A stretch of DNA of 64,000 bases from Dipteris shenzhenensis (lineage: Eukaryota): assembly GCA_047967505.1 (NCBI GenBank), contig CM106538.1. One strand, given 5' to 3'. Shown one piece after another: positions 55,001-64,000 of this stretch. The translations under genes and the position numbers were made by a program. The notes beneath the pieces are model-generated. The model did not search any database, was not told where the DNA came from, and saw only the letters and a program-made list of their open reading frames with translations. The stretch's first letter is position 1; every line of letters begins with the position of its first letter.

Positions 55001-58000
55001 GTGTTTGTCCTTTTACAATACTCAGCAAGCTCTGCTAAATTTGTCAAAAGCTAAGAGCTTTCTGTCATCATAATATTATAAGGATCTACCATCCTCTTGG
55101 TCCCTGCTTCGTGAACTCATTCCCCCCTCTCTTATTAGGCATTGTGACCTAAACAACAAAGAGTATAAAGTGTTTTCATAGAAAGAAAGCCATATCTAGT
55201 TATGTGTATAGATGCTTCTCACACTCTGGTCAGTGTAGACCCTACTGATCAGATCGAACACACTAAACAGTATACTTAATTATTAGAACCCCAAAATTGC
55301 CAAATTTGGTTAAATCCCAGTATGATGAGCCCTTTGTGTGACAAGGCTTGCACATGGTGATCATTCGCTAGAGGGTCCTCATGCAGATATTGCATGTATG
55401 CATACATTGTCATCCGACAGGATGAACATAAACCTTTTTTTGGTCTCTAGTATCACCATTCTATGGTGATGCCACAGCAAGTCCCTAGCAACTCTTTAAC
55501 ATGGTATCAGAGCCCAAGTGATAGACACTAGAGATCTTTGATTGAAAGAGAAAGCCTTTGCTTGAGAAAAAGGTGACTTCAATTCAGCTAGAGGTATCCA
55601 AGTCCAAGTGATTGACACTGGAGATCATTGATTGCAGGTAAAGGCCTTTGTTTGAGAGAAAGGTGACTTCAATTCAACCAAGGATCTAAAGATGCACTGT
55701 AACATCTAAAGGACAAATACCTTTGCAAGAAGAAATGTGATTCACATTCAAACAAGTGTGTCAATTGTCAAGTTAAGTTGCAGGGTGTTTATTCTCAGCT
55801 TCTCCTCTAGAGTTACGTATCAAATTAGACCTGCACCCATATAAATAGCTGCGCTTCTTTATTATTTGATGTTTTAACTTGTCCTGACCCTATGTGCATT
55901 TTCTACAGTTTTGAATGAACCTCTTTAGATGTTGGAGGATTCTCAGACAACCTGGACACTCTTTTTGGGAGCCCCTACTGGTCTATTACAATGGATCTGT
56001 TGTGCTTGAATCTGGATCTCCACTGACACTCCAGACTCTGAGAGAGTAAGGGTCTTAAAATTATGCCCAAGAGTCATATATATGTATATGTATAGGATAT
56101 CTCCTATTTTTTTTAAAAAAGATAGAAAGATCCTAGGATTGAGCGACCAAAGCAAGGCGACACGACTATATCTTTATATTCTCATGAATCTTAAAATTCA
56201 TGTGATTACATGCGTATGTCATGATTATGGTGGTGGACTATGTGGAGTAAATGCCTTTGTATGTGTCTAAGCGAATAGCATTAAGTGGAAACTTATTTGA
56301 TAATTGACTGAGCAAATATACTAGCTTGGGACATGTTGACAAAGCCTATCATAAGACCTAATGTGCTCCATTTCTCCAAAATTTCCACATTGCAGGCCTT
56401 CATCAATTTCAACATCAAACTCTCCGATAGTTTTCAATTTGTTAAGAGACTTCAGGGAGAAACAGGCTGCTTGAGATGGCCAGATTTAACACCATTTCTA
56501 TATATTCTTCAAAATAAGCACAGATATAAATCCTGAATGAGATTATGATTCCAAAGATGCTGTCAAAAGCCAGTCTGGACCAGCTTCAATTTTCAAGCCT
56601 CCTACAAGGATACTTATGGCTACAGCTTAACTAGCCAAAAGACTCAGTAGTAAATGCACAAAGTTTCAAATCAAATGGATAAATATTTCCCACAATGCCT
56701 ATGATTTTAGGTACTGACATAATAGCAGCACTACTAAATGGAAATGGCTCCTGTTTTATCCTATAAATTGATAGTTTGATCTAGGGTCTCATACAACCAC
56801 CAATCCTAGAGCTAAAAGCATAGAGTAGGCTGCATTAGAAATAAAGGCCACTTGTTAATGTGCAGACACTTAATTCATAGGCAGGAATAGTGGATGGACT
56901 GACAAGCATAAGGTGGAGCATCTGCTTTTTTGTACTGGAAGTTGGCATAGCTCAGGTTGAAATGTCTTGCATTAAAGAGTCGATGCTCACTAAAACCAAT
57001 GCAACAGTGGCAGCACCACTAACTAGAAAAGGATACTACTATAGCCATGTAATATAGGGATCTCATACACACCTAAGCCTAGAGCCGAATGAATTATGGA
57101 ACCAAAAAAAGCATACAGAATAGGCTGAGTCAGAAACAAAGGCACCTTGTTGCAGTGTACACACTTGATTCATGGACTGTATTACACAGGAAGATGGGAT
57201 TCTCCACACATGCACAGGCTGGAAGTGTATCCTTCATGTACTAGAAGCTTGGGCAATGGGACATCTTGAAATGTCTTGGATTAAAGAGTTAAAGGTCACC
57301 ATCCAAGTGCAGCTTGAAATGTCTTGGACTAAAGAGTAAAAGGTCACTAAATAATGGAAAAACATTAGCTTTAACAGTCCCAGAACTGGCTGTCAACTAC
57401 ATTTATGTAAATGAGGAAAAATCATGAAAGGCATATGGCATTTTCACATAGCCTACTATAAAGTAAACAAATTGTATACGGCGTAAGTCTCCAGAAAAGC
57501 CACACAGAAACCCTAGAATAGTCTACATGAAGAACCCTTATAACTCCACCAAAACAAATCCAGTACTGACAATTGAGTAGTCCAGACCAACTTACACTTC
57601 AAGCACATCATAATAATAGTACTATATACATGTGCTTTGCTGCGCTGACATCACAACCTGACCTTAACACATACCCTCGTGCATTGATACACACAAATGA
57701 GCGTGCCCAAACAATATCTGGACAGAGCTATCATAATGGTACACTCAAGTTTCACGTACAGCTCAACGGCAAAGAGTCCACTCGCAAAGCTTTCTACCAC
57801 TTGGGTTGCAATCCATTCTGTGAGTTATGTTGCTATCACAGACCCTTTATCAGCACCCATAAATAGGTGCTCAGCATATATAAAAACTTCCCATTAAGAC
57901 ACCCAAGAACAGACCAAAAATAGAGTGTTTATCAATTGTCCAGATAAAAAGACAGACTTAACAACAGTGCTAGCACCAACAGGAGCTAATCAAATAAGGT

Positions 58001-58251
58001 CCCACCTTTCTAATATGAAAACATCCAATGTATGGGAAGAAAATATATCTTTTACATTTTCTATTTCTTTTATTCAAAAATACCTGTACAATAAACAGGA
58101 TGATATGTAAAGAAAAAAGTTTGCATATAATGCATCTACATTCAATGAAGCAATTGCAGGAATAATAAACAATTCCAGACATAAGCTTACGTGCACACTG
58201 TGAAGCTATTTTCCCTCCACCCATCTTGAGATCTTGGCGCACAATAAAAAC
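8987..58251 (-). CDS. PTH2: Peptidyl-tRNA hydrolase II (PTH2/Bit1 family), multi-exon gene, 5'-partial: join of six exons, 112 aa + stop
   Basis: Manual splicing gives [112 protein letters not shown]. It has the PTH2 hallmarks VRxDLKMGxGKIAxQCAHA, WxxxGQPKIV, DAGRTQV and TVLxxGP. All five introns are GT-AG with matching phases. Confidence 0.95.
9330..10650 (+). mobile_element. Probable degenerate LINE ORF2 C-terminal fragment in the 1.8-kb PTH2 intron
   Basis: GC-richer, coding-like, with broken frames. KGLQWWDDW and zf-RVT-like C..PGVQRIWQ segments; no long ORF. Confidence 0.4.
10833..10872 (-). CDS. PTH2: PTH2 exon ([13 protein letters not shown]+G)
   Basis: 40 nt, tttctcag|GTC...CCAG|gtaatt. 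Confidence 0.95.
11017..11089 (-). CDS. PTH2: PTH2 exon ([24 protein letters not shown])
   Basis: 73 nt, tttccag|G...CAG|gtttgt. Contains the conserved DAGRTQ motif. Confidence 0.95.
11178..11255 (-). CDS. PTH2: PTH2 exon ([25 protein letters not shown](M))
   Basis: 78 nt, cgcag|T...GAGAT|gtgagt. Confidence 0.95.
11512..12307 (+). repeat. Diverged tandem duplication, ~400-bp period
   Basis: Units start ataatctcattaaggaggccagt (11512) and ataatctcatcaaggaggccagt (11912). Both end ctacctcaattatggtcgatg. Confidence 0.9.
12828..13197. mobile_element. hAT-type non-autonomous element (MITE), 370 bp
   Basis: 8-bp TSD CTCACACC at 12820-12827 and 13198-13205. Ends CATAGT...ACTATG, with many GTTTC/GAAAC subterminal motifs. 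Confidence 0.85.
13411..13985. repeat. Inverted repeat (foldback) with ~375-bp spacer
   Basis: Arms 13411-13522 and 13897-13985. Perfect 40-bp core tagcatagattagacaactaaaaactgtgatttggttgca plus tacttggcagcccacatcacag. Confidence 0.85.
14002..17535 (+). mobile_element. Ty1/copia retrotransposon, 3'-truncated (5' LTR ~14002-14265, PBS, gag-protease-integrase; RT and 3' LTR missing)
   Basis: LTR ends ...CTTCA, then PBS TGGTATCAGAGC at 14267-14278. ATG at 15103. [10 protein letters not shown] and UBN2-like gag, CNYCRKPGH knuckle, [10 protein letters not shown] protease, [21 protein letters not shown] and TPQQN integrase. Carries stops, a frameshift and a deletion near 17143. Confidence 0.92.
17535..18470 (-). 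mobile_element. Second Ty1/copia fragment: uninterrupted gag plus start of protease, truncated at both ends
   Basis: ORF 17406..18476: [50 protein letters not shown]. Confidence 0.92.
18471..18600. repeat. Three ~32-bp subterminal-like repeats at the end of an unidentified insertion that cuts the Copia gag
   Basis: GAGCACGGTTACCCTATGT..GCATCTA / GTGGTTACCCTGTGT..GCATCTA / GATAACCGTGTGT..GCATCTA begin exactly where gag homology stops. Confidence 0.5.
19574..23024 (+). mobile_element. Non-autonomous gag-only LTR element (TR-GAG-like): split 5' LTR (19574-21500), 0.9-kb internal region, 3' LTR 22393-23024
   Basis: Both LTRs begin TGT(T/G)GGAGATATCATAGCCAAAGAG and end CCATGTTTCTAACA. Degenerate PBS TTGTATCAGAGCC at 21501, [14 protein letters not shown] knuckle, PPT GAAGGGGGG at 22384-22392. 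Flanks are AATTC and AATTG. Confidence 0.75.
19725..20943 (+). mobile_element. Third Ty1/copia fragment (LTR 19725-20380, PBS, N-terminal gag) nested in the 5' LTR of the gag-only element
   Basis: TGTTA...TAACA then TGGTATCAAAGC at 20381. ORF from 20453 has [14 protein letters not shown] and a UBN2-like gag, truncated near 20943. Confidence 0.85.
23607..24873 (-). mobile_element. Probable solo or fragment LTR (~1.27 kb)
   Basis: Minus-strand TGTTAGG...TTTCATCA ends. Internal 40-bp duplication gtctcaaagaggcaagcttttccagcccaccaaatggtgg. No matching TSD. Confidence 0.5.
24874..26090 (-). mobile_element. Degenerate Ty3/gypsy chromovirus 3' end (integrase C-terminus, PPT, LTR from 25316), related to the intact element
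   Basis: AFHPQT(D)[31 protein letters not shown], and [11 protein letters not shown] followed by AAGACGGAGGGAA|TGTCAC. Mirrors [29 protein letters not shown] of the intact copy. Confidence 0.88.
27667..35699 (+). mobile_element. Intact, young Ty3/gypsy chromovirus LTR retrotransposon (8033 bp)
   Basis: LTRs 27667-28613 and 34753-35699 (947 bp each, about 7 substitutions by eye). TSD CTACT at 27662-27666 and 35700-35704. PBS TGGTATCAGAGC at 28615-28626, PPT at 34741-34752, single uninterrupted ORF. Confidence 0.98.
30076..34740 (+). CDS. Gag-pol polyprotein (gag, CCHC knuckle, protease, RT, RNase H, integrase, chromodomain)
   Basis: First ATG at 30076 within ORF 29965..34740. [93 protein letters not shown]. 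Confidence 0.97.
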   Translation: MDQSPIQWDSQDRDVHPRQRNVPQTQQEFEQMVRTRIQELENLKRDPRAQHLFPAEAMPNPVYDVPMPEAHSRVQSERERSHRSHRRRSHSKKRSRRHRRSPSPSPSTSSSISVSSSSLSDKPSKKRRKHEKSGKRKSSKATREFKEGGKSVKFMTYNGQYGHTDKALQFIRQFDAAFGTEKFSESSKLRMVSLHLTATASAWWSALTTDGSAPRKWKGFKKAFYQQFMPKQFRDHVLQDWDSLHMDAGDTVDGYNQKFWDAYLQVAPFKKISKGTQMRKYIAGLTPRIQAVVNALGAKNIQDLMHSASVASLVPLQDPSTVPSLHAGRANKKKTDFQKSEKKESPKAEKKGFQPQKPRGTQFSKTYKGKSLFTPEQIAEFRRDGKCFRCGKEGHVAAQCPEKPSSSKGKEAEKPRGPQKPMAGGIPDILGHALNPEERELLLSWGKVRDQQALILFDPGATDNFISEDLALRLGIKTEELGRALDADQMFCGNPVPVTPLIGKLRLHIQSYVDQEDFFISPLKHYDVVLGMPWFHRKAVKLTLPERVLEFVHRGKNQRVIAMNKGDTIPIVSDVSCGKAIKSAISAYMVFVKEKENDMHAEKNDADKNKFQFLVNFKDCFSYVLPGELPPERPENHQIELMPGSEPPNRPPYRVSATQREEIMAQVQDLLSKGLIQPSSSPFCSPVLLVQKKDGSFRMCVDYRALNKMTIKNRFPIPRIDDVLDQLNGASVFSRIDLKSGYHQVRIQPQDVHKTAFRTTFGLYEYLVMPFGLTNAPATFNRMMDRIFRKYRHFTGTFFDDILVFSKTEEEHREHLAIVFQELRNHQLYANSKKSEFFLKEIHYLGHIISKNGIQMDPAKIRAIQEWPELKTMHEVRSFLGLCSYYRRFIRHFADIAAPLHDLTKKNTAFTWGLSQKKAFNTLKEKLTTEPILVVPDLYQSFDVDCDACGECVGAALHQNGHVVAYESRRLRDAERYLGIYEKELLAVIHAIHTWKHYLLGADFTVKTDHQSLKYFLTQTKLSEKHMKWANMLSMYHFQIVHTPGIRNRVADALSRRPQVNNVTIAYHQDLEGMREQYAHDSDFGEILQQMQEGQSTSHYSLKDGYLMKDDCLCITQEIRKKILGECHAPPYAGHKGITATTLALERYFFWPGMRKDIHQFVTECLTCQKMKYDRQKAPGLLMPLPVPQAPWENITMDFIFDLPRSKSGNDGIWTIIDRFSKQTHFIPVRKTIKADHMAKLFMAQIFKHHGMPKSIVSDRDPRMTSLFWRALFDNMGTNLNFSSSFHPQTDGQSEVANSTILDMLKCYVGDQSSDWEKYLPLVEFAYNNTVHSSTGKAPFEVIYGKVILPPILRTKDEIFAADQFVRDLQTAYSQVRTAIERSQEKHKRAADKHRRQLDLKEGDWILLRFEKARLRKFKGKQKVYAKLSPRYYGPFRVTERINEVAYRLALPEHWRIHNAFHVSLLKKFQGPEPTEPVSEDPPEVDELEEVLQPEQIVYHTVRKGPQGKEFCRYLVKFKNYTALDAKWMDEDMLSDHPQLLDVYKEAFQLRSTE
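35965..37068 (-). mobile_element. 5'-truncated RTE-like LINE 3' end inserted in L1 ORF1
   Basis: [17 protein letters not shown]....[14 protein letters not shown]-terminal motif. (TGA)n-like tail at ~35971. CTGA on both sides, and removal rejoins L1 ORF1 in frame (KATDVNRED). Confidence 0.8.
41120..42070 (-). mobile_element. RTE/CR1-like LINE 5' fragment (APE endonuclease)
   Basis: [39 protein letters not shown]....GGNSVLEY motifs; broken by stops. Confidence 0.82.
43960..45950 (+). mobile_element. Degenerate, internally deleted L1-type LINE ORF2 (RT N-terminal half plus zf-RVT)
   Basis: [45 protein letters not shown], then HLLWHC near 45525. Confidence 0.82.
46135..46240. repeat. Mixed (TG)/(TA)/(TATG) low-complexity tract
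   Basis: Seen directly, about 200 bp from the 37-nt PTH2 exon. Confidence 0.9.
46443..46479 (-). CDS. PTH2: PTH2 37-nt exon ((H)[11 protein letters not shown](S))
   Basis: ttgcag|ATGCAGCT...ATAAAAAG|gtagat. Phase 1 in and phase 2 out, exactly bridging the flanking exons. Confidence 0.9.
48400..48570 (+). mobile_element. Small Ty1/copia RT fragment
   Basis: KAHLVAKG(C)..[21 protein letters not shown]....WEVH, typical RVT_2 segment. Confidence 0.8.
49500..52490 (-). mobile_element. Heavily degenerate Ty3/gypsy chromovirus pol (protease to chromodomain), same lineage as the intact element
   Basis: [82 protein letters not shown]. Confidence 0.9.
52550..52850 (+). mobile_element. Ty3/gypsy RNase H fragment of a different (non-chromovirus-like) lineage
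   Basis: [42 protein letters not shown]. Confidence 0.8.
55335..55680 (+). mobile_element. LTR end plus Met-i PBS followed by a 91-bp-period tandem duplication (TRIM-like or truncated LTR element)
   Basis: ...CTTTAACA|TGGTATCAGAGC at 55502-55513. caagtgat.gacact.gagatc...ggtgacttcaattca at 55515 and 55606. LTR start uncertain. Confidence 0.65.
56715..57350 (+). repeat. Old tandem duplication (~290-bp units)
   Basis: Paired gcagcac.actaa, tctcataca..cctagagc and taggctg...agaaa.aaagg motifs; ttgaaatgtcttg..taaagagt occurs three times. Confidence 0.7.
58191..58251 (-). CDS. PTH2: PTH2 exon ([20 protein letters not shown]+C)
   Basis: 61 nt, acceptor acag|GTT, donor C|gtaagc. Partly visible in ORF 57970..58242. 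Confidence 0.95.
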
Positions 58252-59939
58252 CTGTATACAAGATGCATATATCCTATAAGAACACTCACCTTATTTCAGA
58301 CCACTCTATAAAGTAATACAGTCATGCATCATGATCTCCGCCACTAGAATTCAATATTTCAAAAGTGATTCTGCTTCACAGCTTATCAATCATACCAATT
58401 TCCATTGTAGATCTACATCTGTGATTGTCAACAAATTAAGATTCTTCATTAACGCAGACTTTAGAGACAATATGGGATGCCCAACTTGAGAACCTGTTGA
58501 GCAGCTGTAAGGTAGTTCTAAATTACCAAAGGCCCTTACTGGAGATCTTAGTATCTTTATGCATGCAACCTCAATCTAGAACACTGAAGATTAAATATGT
58601 TGATAAAACCTTGTACTCCGCTTTAAGCAAAAGGAAAAGGCTGCACTGTTTTCAAAAGGAAATGAACTTCACCGGATTGAGGCCAGAGGAGCTCATTAAA
58701 TTTTGACAACCCATAATATGTGAGTCAAAGGCTTCATAAGAGCGGTATCTCCTTTGGTAAATGAGACCTTCAACCATGTATGTTCTTCAAGCATACAAAG
58801 CAGCCTTCAGCCTCACAGAAAGTCTATGAAACAGACAGGATGTCAGCAGAAATGTCAAACTAAGTGACAATGGTCAGGTTAATGAACACGAGAAAGGGGT
58901 AAGGAAGTAGACCACACAAGCATGTACTAACTACGACTAACATCATCCACAATGTGATGCAAGTATAGAAACTCTACTAGATTGTCATACTAACATACTC
59001 ATTAATCACTTCTCAATTCTTAATCAACATGGAACTAACCGTATGCATATCTGAAGTACTGAAACTTCTTGTCCTTACTTAAAGCCTTTGCGAAAATGTC
59101 AACTTAAGATATTAACTGCCTCCCAGATCTATTCCAGTATGTTTGTTCTGAGCATGAAACACAAGATTCTTGGAAAAATGATATAGCTCTTGTTGTCACA
59201 TGGAGACCCCTCCACCCCAAAGATGGACAAGGCATTGCAAGGGTAGCATGTGCCCAAAAGTCCCACTAACGACCAAGCAAAAGCTGACTTCAACGAGTTT
59301 TGGTACTAGCGCATGTAATTTAAAATGTGTTTAACAGCTTGTTGAAGGCATACAACTCACAATAAAAACGTTATACAAGCTCCAAACATCTTGAGCACAG
59401 GTTTTATTGTGAGCTGAAGGAGTTTGGAATTTTGGTACTAGTAACCATGTGTATATGTGTTTCAGATTATCAGAATGGAAACTGTGCTCAAAATCAATGG
59501 CTTGCCACAGGTTCTTGTGTTGTTGTATTGAGCTACTCTTTGATGAAATGAGTGTCTTTTCTAAGTTAGGAGTAAAACCTGATTCAAGCCAACTAGCAAT
59601 TCTTGGTAAAATAACAATTAGAACACAATCTCACTCATGTTCTCCACAATAGTGTTATAGGCCTTTATTATGTACGTTGATCTGTAATCTTGATTGCCTA
59701 CAAGGTTACATGGATACCACAACCATGAGATGCAATAATGAGACCCAAACACCAGGCCGTATTACACTTGTGTATCATAGTGAGTATGGTCCCTCTCCCG
59801 AAGTGCGTTCAACCAAAGGGCACAATGTAATCGAGCTTATCCAACAACATGAACTATTAATATGTTGATTCTATGCCTTTCCAAGAATGAGACAATTGTG
59901 GGAGCTTGGGCCGTGTATCACTAGGCAAAGCCAAACAAG

Positions 59940-60780
59940 TTAGGTGGATAAAAAACACATCAACGTTTGGAAATCACAGGTGGACTATGAGCTTTGTGAT
60001 TGATAGTGCCTACAAGGGAAGAACTAACACATTTACTCAGGATTATGGATTATTACGAGTGTCGGTTGCCTTATGTGACTCACAACGTCCAAATGCTTGT
60101 ATCTTTCTTGAAGGATGGAGAATAGATGAAAATGCATACCGGTGCTGATTCGAGATTGCTAGCCCTTCTTACCATGAGTTGTGAGTGTACATAAAGAAGG
60201 TAAAAATATGCTGCTCAACATGCTGAGTGGCTGGGAACCCCTATGGATGACCACGAGTTTCAAGATTTCTCCCAGGATGTAGTCTCACTAGAAACCAAAG
60301 AGAGCAAGAAACAGTCCCACACACAACCCAACAACCCAAAGGCCAAGGTGAATGTGGCAAGCTTCGGACCATATATCACTAGGCCAAATCGAACGAAATG
60401 GGTGGATGAAAAGCACTTGGCAATCACGAGTGAAATATGAGCTATGTGATTGATGGTGCCTATAGGGAAAATTTGACACATTAACTCAAGATTGTGGGCG
60501 TTGCTTACCTATTGTCACTTGTGACATTCAAAATCCTTGTAGCTTTCTTCAAGAAGACAGAGTATGGATGGACATGCATACTGGCACTTTTTCGAGCTTG
60601 CTAGCCCTTCTTACCCATGAGCGATGAGCATACAAAAAGAAGGCAAATGTGCACACTCCACATGCTGAGTGGCTGGAGAACGGACGAGCCCCTTTGGATG
60701 ACCAAGAATTTCAAGATGTCCCCAAGGTCGCTAGAGGAACCAACAAGAGCAAGAAACAGATCCACGCACAACCCCAAGAA
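59940..60780 (+). repeat. Diverged ~460-bp tandem duplication within a retroelement-derived region
   Basis: Paired atgagct.tgtgattgat.gtgccta, ttgctagcccttcttacc, catgctgagtggctgg and ggatgacca.ga.tttcaagat. Confidence 0.8.
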
Positions 60781-61269
60781 GAGGGCATGAAAGAAATTTC
60801 TTTGGGAGACCAAAGGGTCTATGAGACTAAAAAAGGGAATGATACAATGAGTTGAGGGAGCCACTAGACGAGCATCAACACCCGTGATGAATACAAATGG
60901 AAACCCAAAGCCCTGAACATAATAGCATCGATGCATAGAACCTAACTCTCTAGCCTCTCGGAGTGGGAGCCAATAGGGGCATCAACTCTGGGAGGGGGGA
61001 GTCCATGTGTGAAGCTGATGTGGTGGCATATAGCTTGTGATAGGTCGTTGGCGACTATCAACACATGTGGTCCGTTGTGTTCTGCTAGCTATAGCCCTGC
61101 GACGAACAAGTGCTACTGTGACTTCTATGGGTCGGTCCCCCGCTCTGGTGAACATGAGATGGTCCCAAGGAGAATTGGAAGTCAGTGCAACATCCCCATG
61201 AGCTCTTGATGACTCCTTTGCAATAGCTAGATTATAGAAGCAATTGCATGACAAGGACACAGGTTCGAA

Positions 61270-63650
61270 TTGCACATCCACAAGGAGAACCAAGACAACC
61301 CACCAATTGTAAGAGTAGACCACACCACAAACAAGAAAAAGAGAAGCCGGAAGGAAAAACTGAGTGTGATACCTCCCACACACAAAAAAGAGCCGCTTAG
61401 GCTTGGAGATAAAGAAAGCGCTCAAGAACTCGACATACAAGAGAAGCCCAATTCAACTAAGCAATGGTGCAATAATTGCTCCAAGTCCGGACATTTAGTG
61501 ACTAAATGTCTAGATGGGTTTCGTATTGGGTATCAAAGAAAATATCAGGGGTTTGGCATCGGGTATCAAAGGAATACACTGCTGGCAAATATCAGGTTCC
61601 ACAATTTAAAGCTCAGTTTAGAATACACGTCTTAGTATTGTACGCATCGTTGCAAGAACAATATTCAAGCTTGGTGCAAAAGTCGGCTGATAGAATTTGA
61701 CTTATCTTTATTATGTGAGGCTTTTCCTCAGTTCCCATATGTTATGCACTACTTCAAGAATAGATTCCCAATCGATAGATTTGGATGCACAGCCTTCCTT
61801 GCATTGTGCACTTTCCTTCTCAATCCTCAGTGAACTTGGGTGGAAACATACTTTACTGCTTGCTTATTTTCTCAGCCTTCCGTACTTCTATCAGCTCAGC
61901 CACTGCTTGGAACAAATCTATCTCCTTTACAAGGATGATATTCATCTCCATGAGTCATGACTTAATGTTCTGAGTCATGACTCATGGAGATGATAGTCAC
62001 CTCCATGAGTCATGACTTAATGTTTTGAGGAAACTAGTCCTCCAATTCCATCTCCTTGGGTCAATAGCCGTTACGCAGTTGCAAAGGATCCAATCTCCTC
62101 TATGGTTGTTACTATGAGGTTGACGATGTACTACACCCACTGATGCTGATGCACACATCTCCTTTAGGATGATCAGTTGATCTACCAATTGAACTAGAAA
62201 GGGTGATGGCTTCAAGGGCTTCAACTGTATATACCTAGGAACATTCCCAAACTCATCCTCTAAAAACACAACATAGTGTAGTTTCAATCTCACGAGAGTC
62301 ACTCATAAGATTGAGAACCATAAACTCCATCATGCATAGCAAGGACTAGCTACTATGACATCCCCACTGACGTCATCAGCGCCCAACACTGGGTGTAGAC
62401 AGTGGCTTCAACTGTAGTTGATGGCCAGCTCTTTTGAGATTATATCAACTCGGACGATTACTCCCTTAATAGTGGTATATTTTACTTTGACCAAGTATCA
62501 TGTATAACATCATATACCAAAGGTGTCTCGATGACTGGTATAGTGCCCAAGCTATTGACAATCTATGTTCCTTCTTGGAATCGTTCTTTGAAAAACTCTC
62601 TGCAATATGTATCCTATGCTCAACAAAACCTTGAGTTCCTTGAATTGTTCCCATGCATATGGGCAAAAGCATCCTATTCATTCCCTTCTTAGTCGCCCGT
62701 AATAAGCATTCTTATCCTATTTGCAAGGTCCTTTTGCGTTTCAGTGCTTCCTTTGCCATTGGAACTTTGATACTCACACGGAATTTCCTTCTGCAAGCTC
62801 TTCTTGCTACCCCTTCTGTGTTCATGTACATGTCAGTGCAATTCTTCTTACCTAATCCTGAGAAAGGTGAGTTACCCAACAATCGGTATTTGAGGTTAAA
62901 GTAGTAAACACCAAGCACAAAGGTTGACGCAATATTTGCCACTGGCTATGTTTCACAGGCGATTGGTCTTCGAGGCAACACACCAAGGTGAAACAAGAGA
63001 AGGAGAACGTTCTAGAGCCAATCTAACAGTCAAGAAAGCTTGCTTATGGTGGGCCAACTTATTCCACGATTCTGCCAAGTACGACCAGCAATGTGGTGTG
63101 CGCAACAACGAATGGATCAGCCCGTACCACAAGATCGTATGCCCTTCAACCGAGTCCGTCATTGGAAGAAGTTCAAACCAAATGGGCCAATGTGAAAGCA
63201 CTCCTAGACAACTCTGCACAGAGCACCATCAAATTTATTTTCTTCAATAGTCAAATCAAATTTAAGAGATGAAGGAATTCATTTCATGAGTAATGTTTTT
63301 ATATTGATGATCATCCACAAAACACCTACTACATATTATGCCCACTGCAATTGGTAAGCAGGTTGATGAACAAAACATTGAAGGCAATACTAACCAAGAT
63401 GGTAAACAATAGTCGTACACATTGGAATCACAAAGTGAATGCAAAATTGTGGGCTAGTATGGTACACCTCGAATTCGTGGTGCCAAGTTTAAGGGTAGCA
63501 ACCAAGCATGACCTCAGTGAGACCAAAAGGAATACACCAACATCCAACTCAATGGAGTACGTGACCAAGCTGCTTGGTCACACATGTAATACAGAGATTC
63601 TAAAACAAGGAAAGCATGGCATGACCAACAAATCTTACAGAAACATCTGG
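61270..63650 (+). mobile_element. Scrambled Ty3/gypsy remnants (gag knuckle; integrase)
   Basis: WCNNCSKSGHLVTKC at ~61465. H..E.....ANLT..K..LWW..LFHD..Y...C, and NKTLKAILTKMVN..HW....LWA integrase segments at 62960-63460. Confidence 0.6.
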
Positions 63651-63945
63651 AAAAGTGTTCTCAACAAGACCCCAAGAAGCCCAACCTTGAGTTTCGTTGG
63701 AGCTATCCCTTCTGAGTTACTAAGGACATACAAAGGGCACAATGTAACTCCAAGACTGTGGGCTTACAATCTTGCATATACCTAGATGAATCCAGGAACA
63801 TTCCCAAACTCATCCTCTAAAAACACAACATAGTGCAGTTTCAATCTCACGAGAGTCACTCATAAGATTGAAAACCATAAACTCCATCACGCATAGCACG
63901 GACTAGCTACTATGACATCCCCACTGACGTCATTAGCGCCCAACA
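62237..63945 (-). repeat. 152-bp direct repeats (62237-62388 and 63794-63945), LTR-like, beginning TGTTGGG on the minus strand
   Basis: About five substitutions between copies by eye; both end gcgcccaaca on the plus strand. Confidence 0.85.
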
Positions 63946-64000
63946 ATCTTGCATGTTGAATCTATCCAAGAGCTTTTGCACATACTTGGATTGAGACATA

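Noticed and set aside
52900-55100. Short ORFs and possible LINE ORF1 or LTR pieces
   Set aside because: No diagnostic motif or boundaries recognisable by eye.
58290-58320. GTGAG donor just upstream of the first visible PTH2 exon
   Set aside because: The implied intron is under 40 nt and the required frame has a TGA, so it is not the missing N-terminal exon.

Overview
Eukaryotic land-plant nuclear DNA from a large, TE-rich genome (a fern-like genome is my inference from the TE complement and giant introns). One host gene is recognisable, and the ORF track largely misses it: a minus-strand peptidyl-tRNA hydrolase II (PTH2). Six small coding exons (58191-58251, 46443-46479, 11178-11255, 11017-11089, 10833-10872, 8987-9036) splice in frame with GT-AG ends to 112 aa plus stop. 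They span about 49 kb, with introns of 35.2 kb and 11.7 kb; the N-terminal exon(s) were not found in the window. The introns are filled with nested transposons. These include a very young, intact Ty3/gypsy chromovirus (27667-35699; 947-bp LTRs with TG...TA ends, CTACT TSD, single gag-pol ORF with an FFDD RT motif) inserted in an L1-type LINE. Also present are several Copia fragments, a gag-only LTR element, RTE-like LINE fragments, degenerate chromovirus relatives, a hAT-type MITE, a foldback structure and a decayed DDD-type transposase at the left edge. I found no RNA genes or CRISPR arrays and no convincing novel protein system. The most interesting signals are architectural. Alignments and mismatch counts were done by eye.
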